A DNA stretch of 64,000 nucleotides from Spirulina sp. (GTDB taxonomy: Bacteria > Cyanobacteriota > Cyanobacteriia > Phormidesmidales > Phormidesmidaceae): the NCBI GenBank assembly GCA_044070495.1, contig JBIPSI010000003.1, positions 173,894 through 237,893 of the forward strand, read 5' to 3'. The notes under the pieces were generated by a model. The model was not told the DNA's origin. It worked only from the letters and a program-made list of their open reading frames with translations, and did not search any database. This document shows positions 63,860-64,000 of this stretch, piece by piece (the first letter of the stretch is position 1; every line of letters begins with the position of its first letter). Position numbers and translations under genes: made by a program.

Positions 63860-64000
63860 GGGAGCATGTCACCTTTGCAATAAGCAATTATGCTTAATTG
63901 TAGGTAGCGGTGAACCAATCAAGCCATTGAGATAAGCACAGCGATGAGCTAACACTTGTGGAACGTTCTCTCGCTTCCATTGCGCTCCTGATATCTGCAC
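63860..64000 (-). mobile_element. End of an ISKra4-like IS (transposase C-terminus plus TIR), cut by the window edge
   Basis: Minus frame 64000-63869 reads VQISGAQWKRENVPQVLAHRCAYLNG...*; terminal GGGAGCATGTCACCTTTG. Confidence 0.8.

Overview
A 64-kb, GC-rich (about 58% by eye) chromosomal window from a filamentous cyanobacterium, probably Leptolyngbya/Nodosilinea-like (inferred from fraCDE, psrp3, CP12, hli, ndhS, cyAbrB and tocopherol cyclase). Most of it is housekeeping: tRNA-Leu(UAA) with a group I intron, thiE, cobO, pfkA, cysK with an Rrf2 regulator, atpD-atpC, ppk1, hisH, rsmD, an HlyD/ABC exporter, a P-type ATPase, purD, a CbiMQO-type Co/Ni ECF operon, glyQ and ispD. The most unusual layer is non-coding: nested small mobile elements. 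A REP-associated tyrosine transposase (RAYT) flanked by GTAG REPs has been inactivated twice, by a 148-bp MITE with Tn5/IS50-like ends and a 9-bp target duplication that itself carries a REP doublet, and by a 47-bp tandem duplication. Further MITE shells with different end types carry palindromic REP/SDR cargo. One such palindrome composite is translated in frame inside an ABC ATPase. An ISKra4-like IS interrupts a secreted-protein gene at the right edge. All calls come from reading the sequence by eye; no searches were run.
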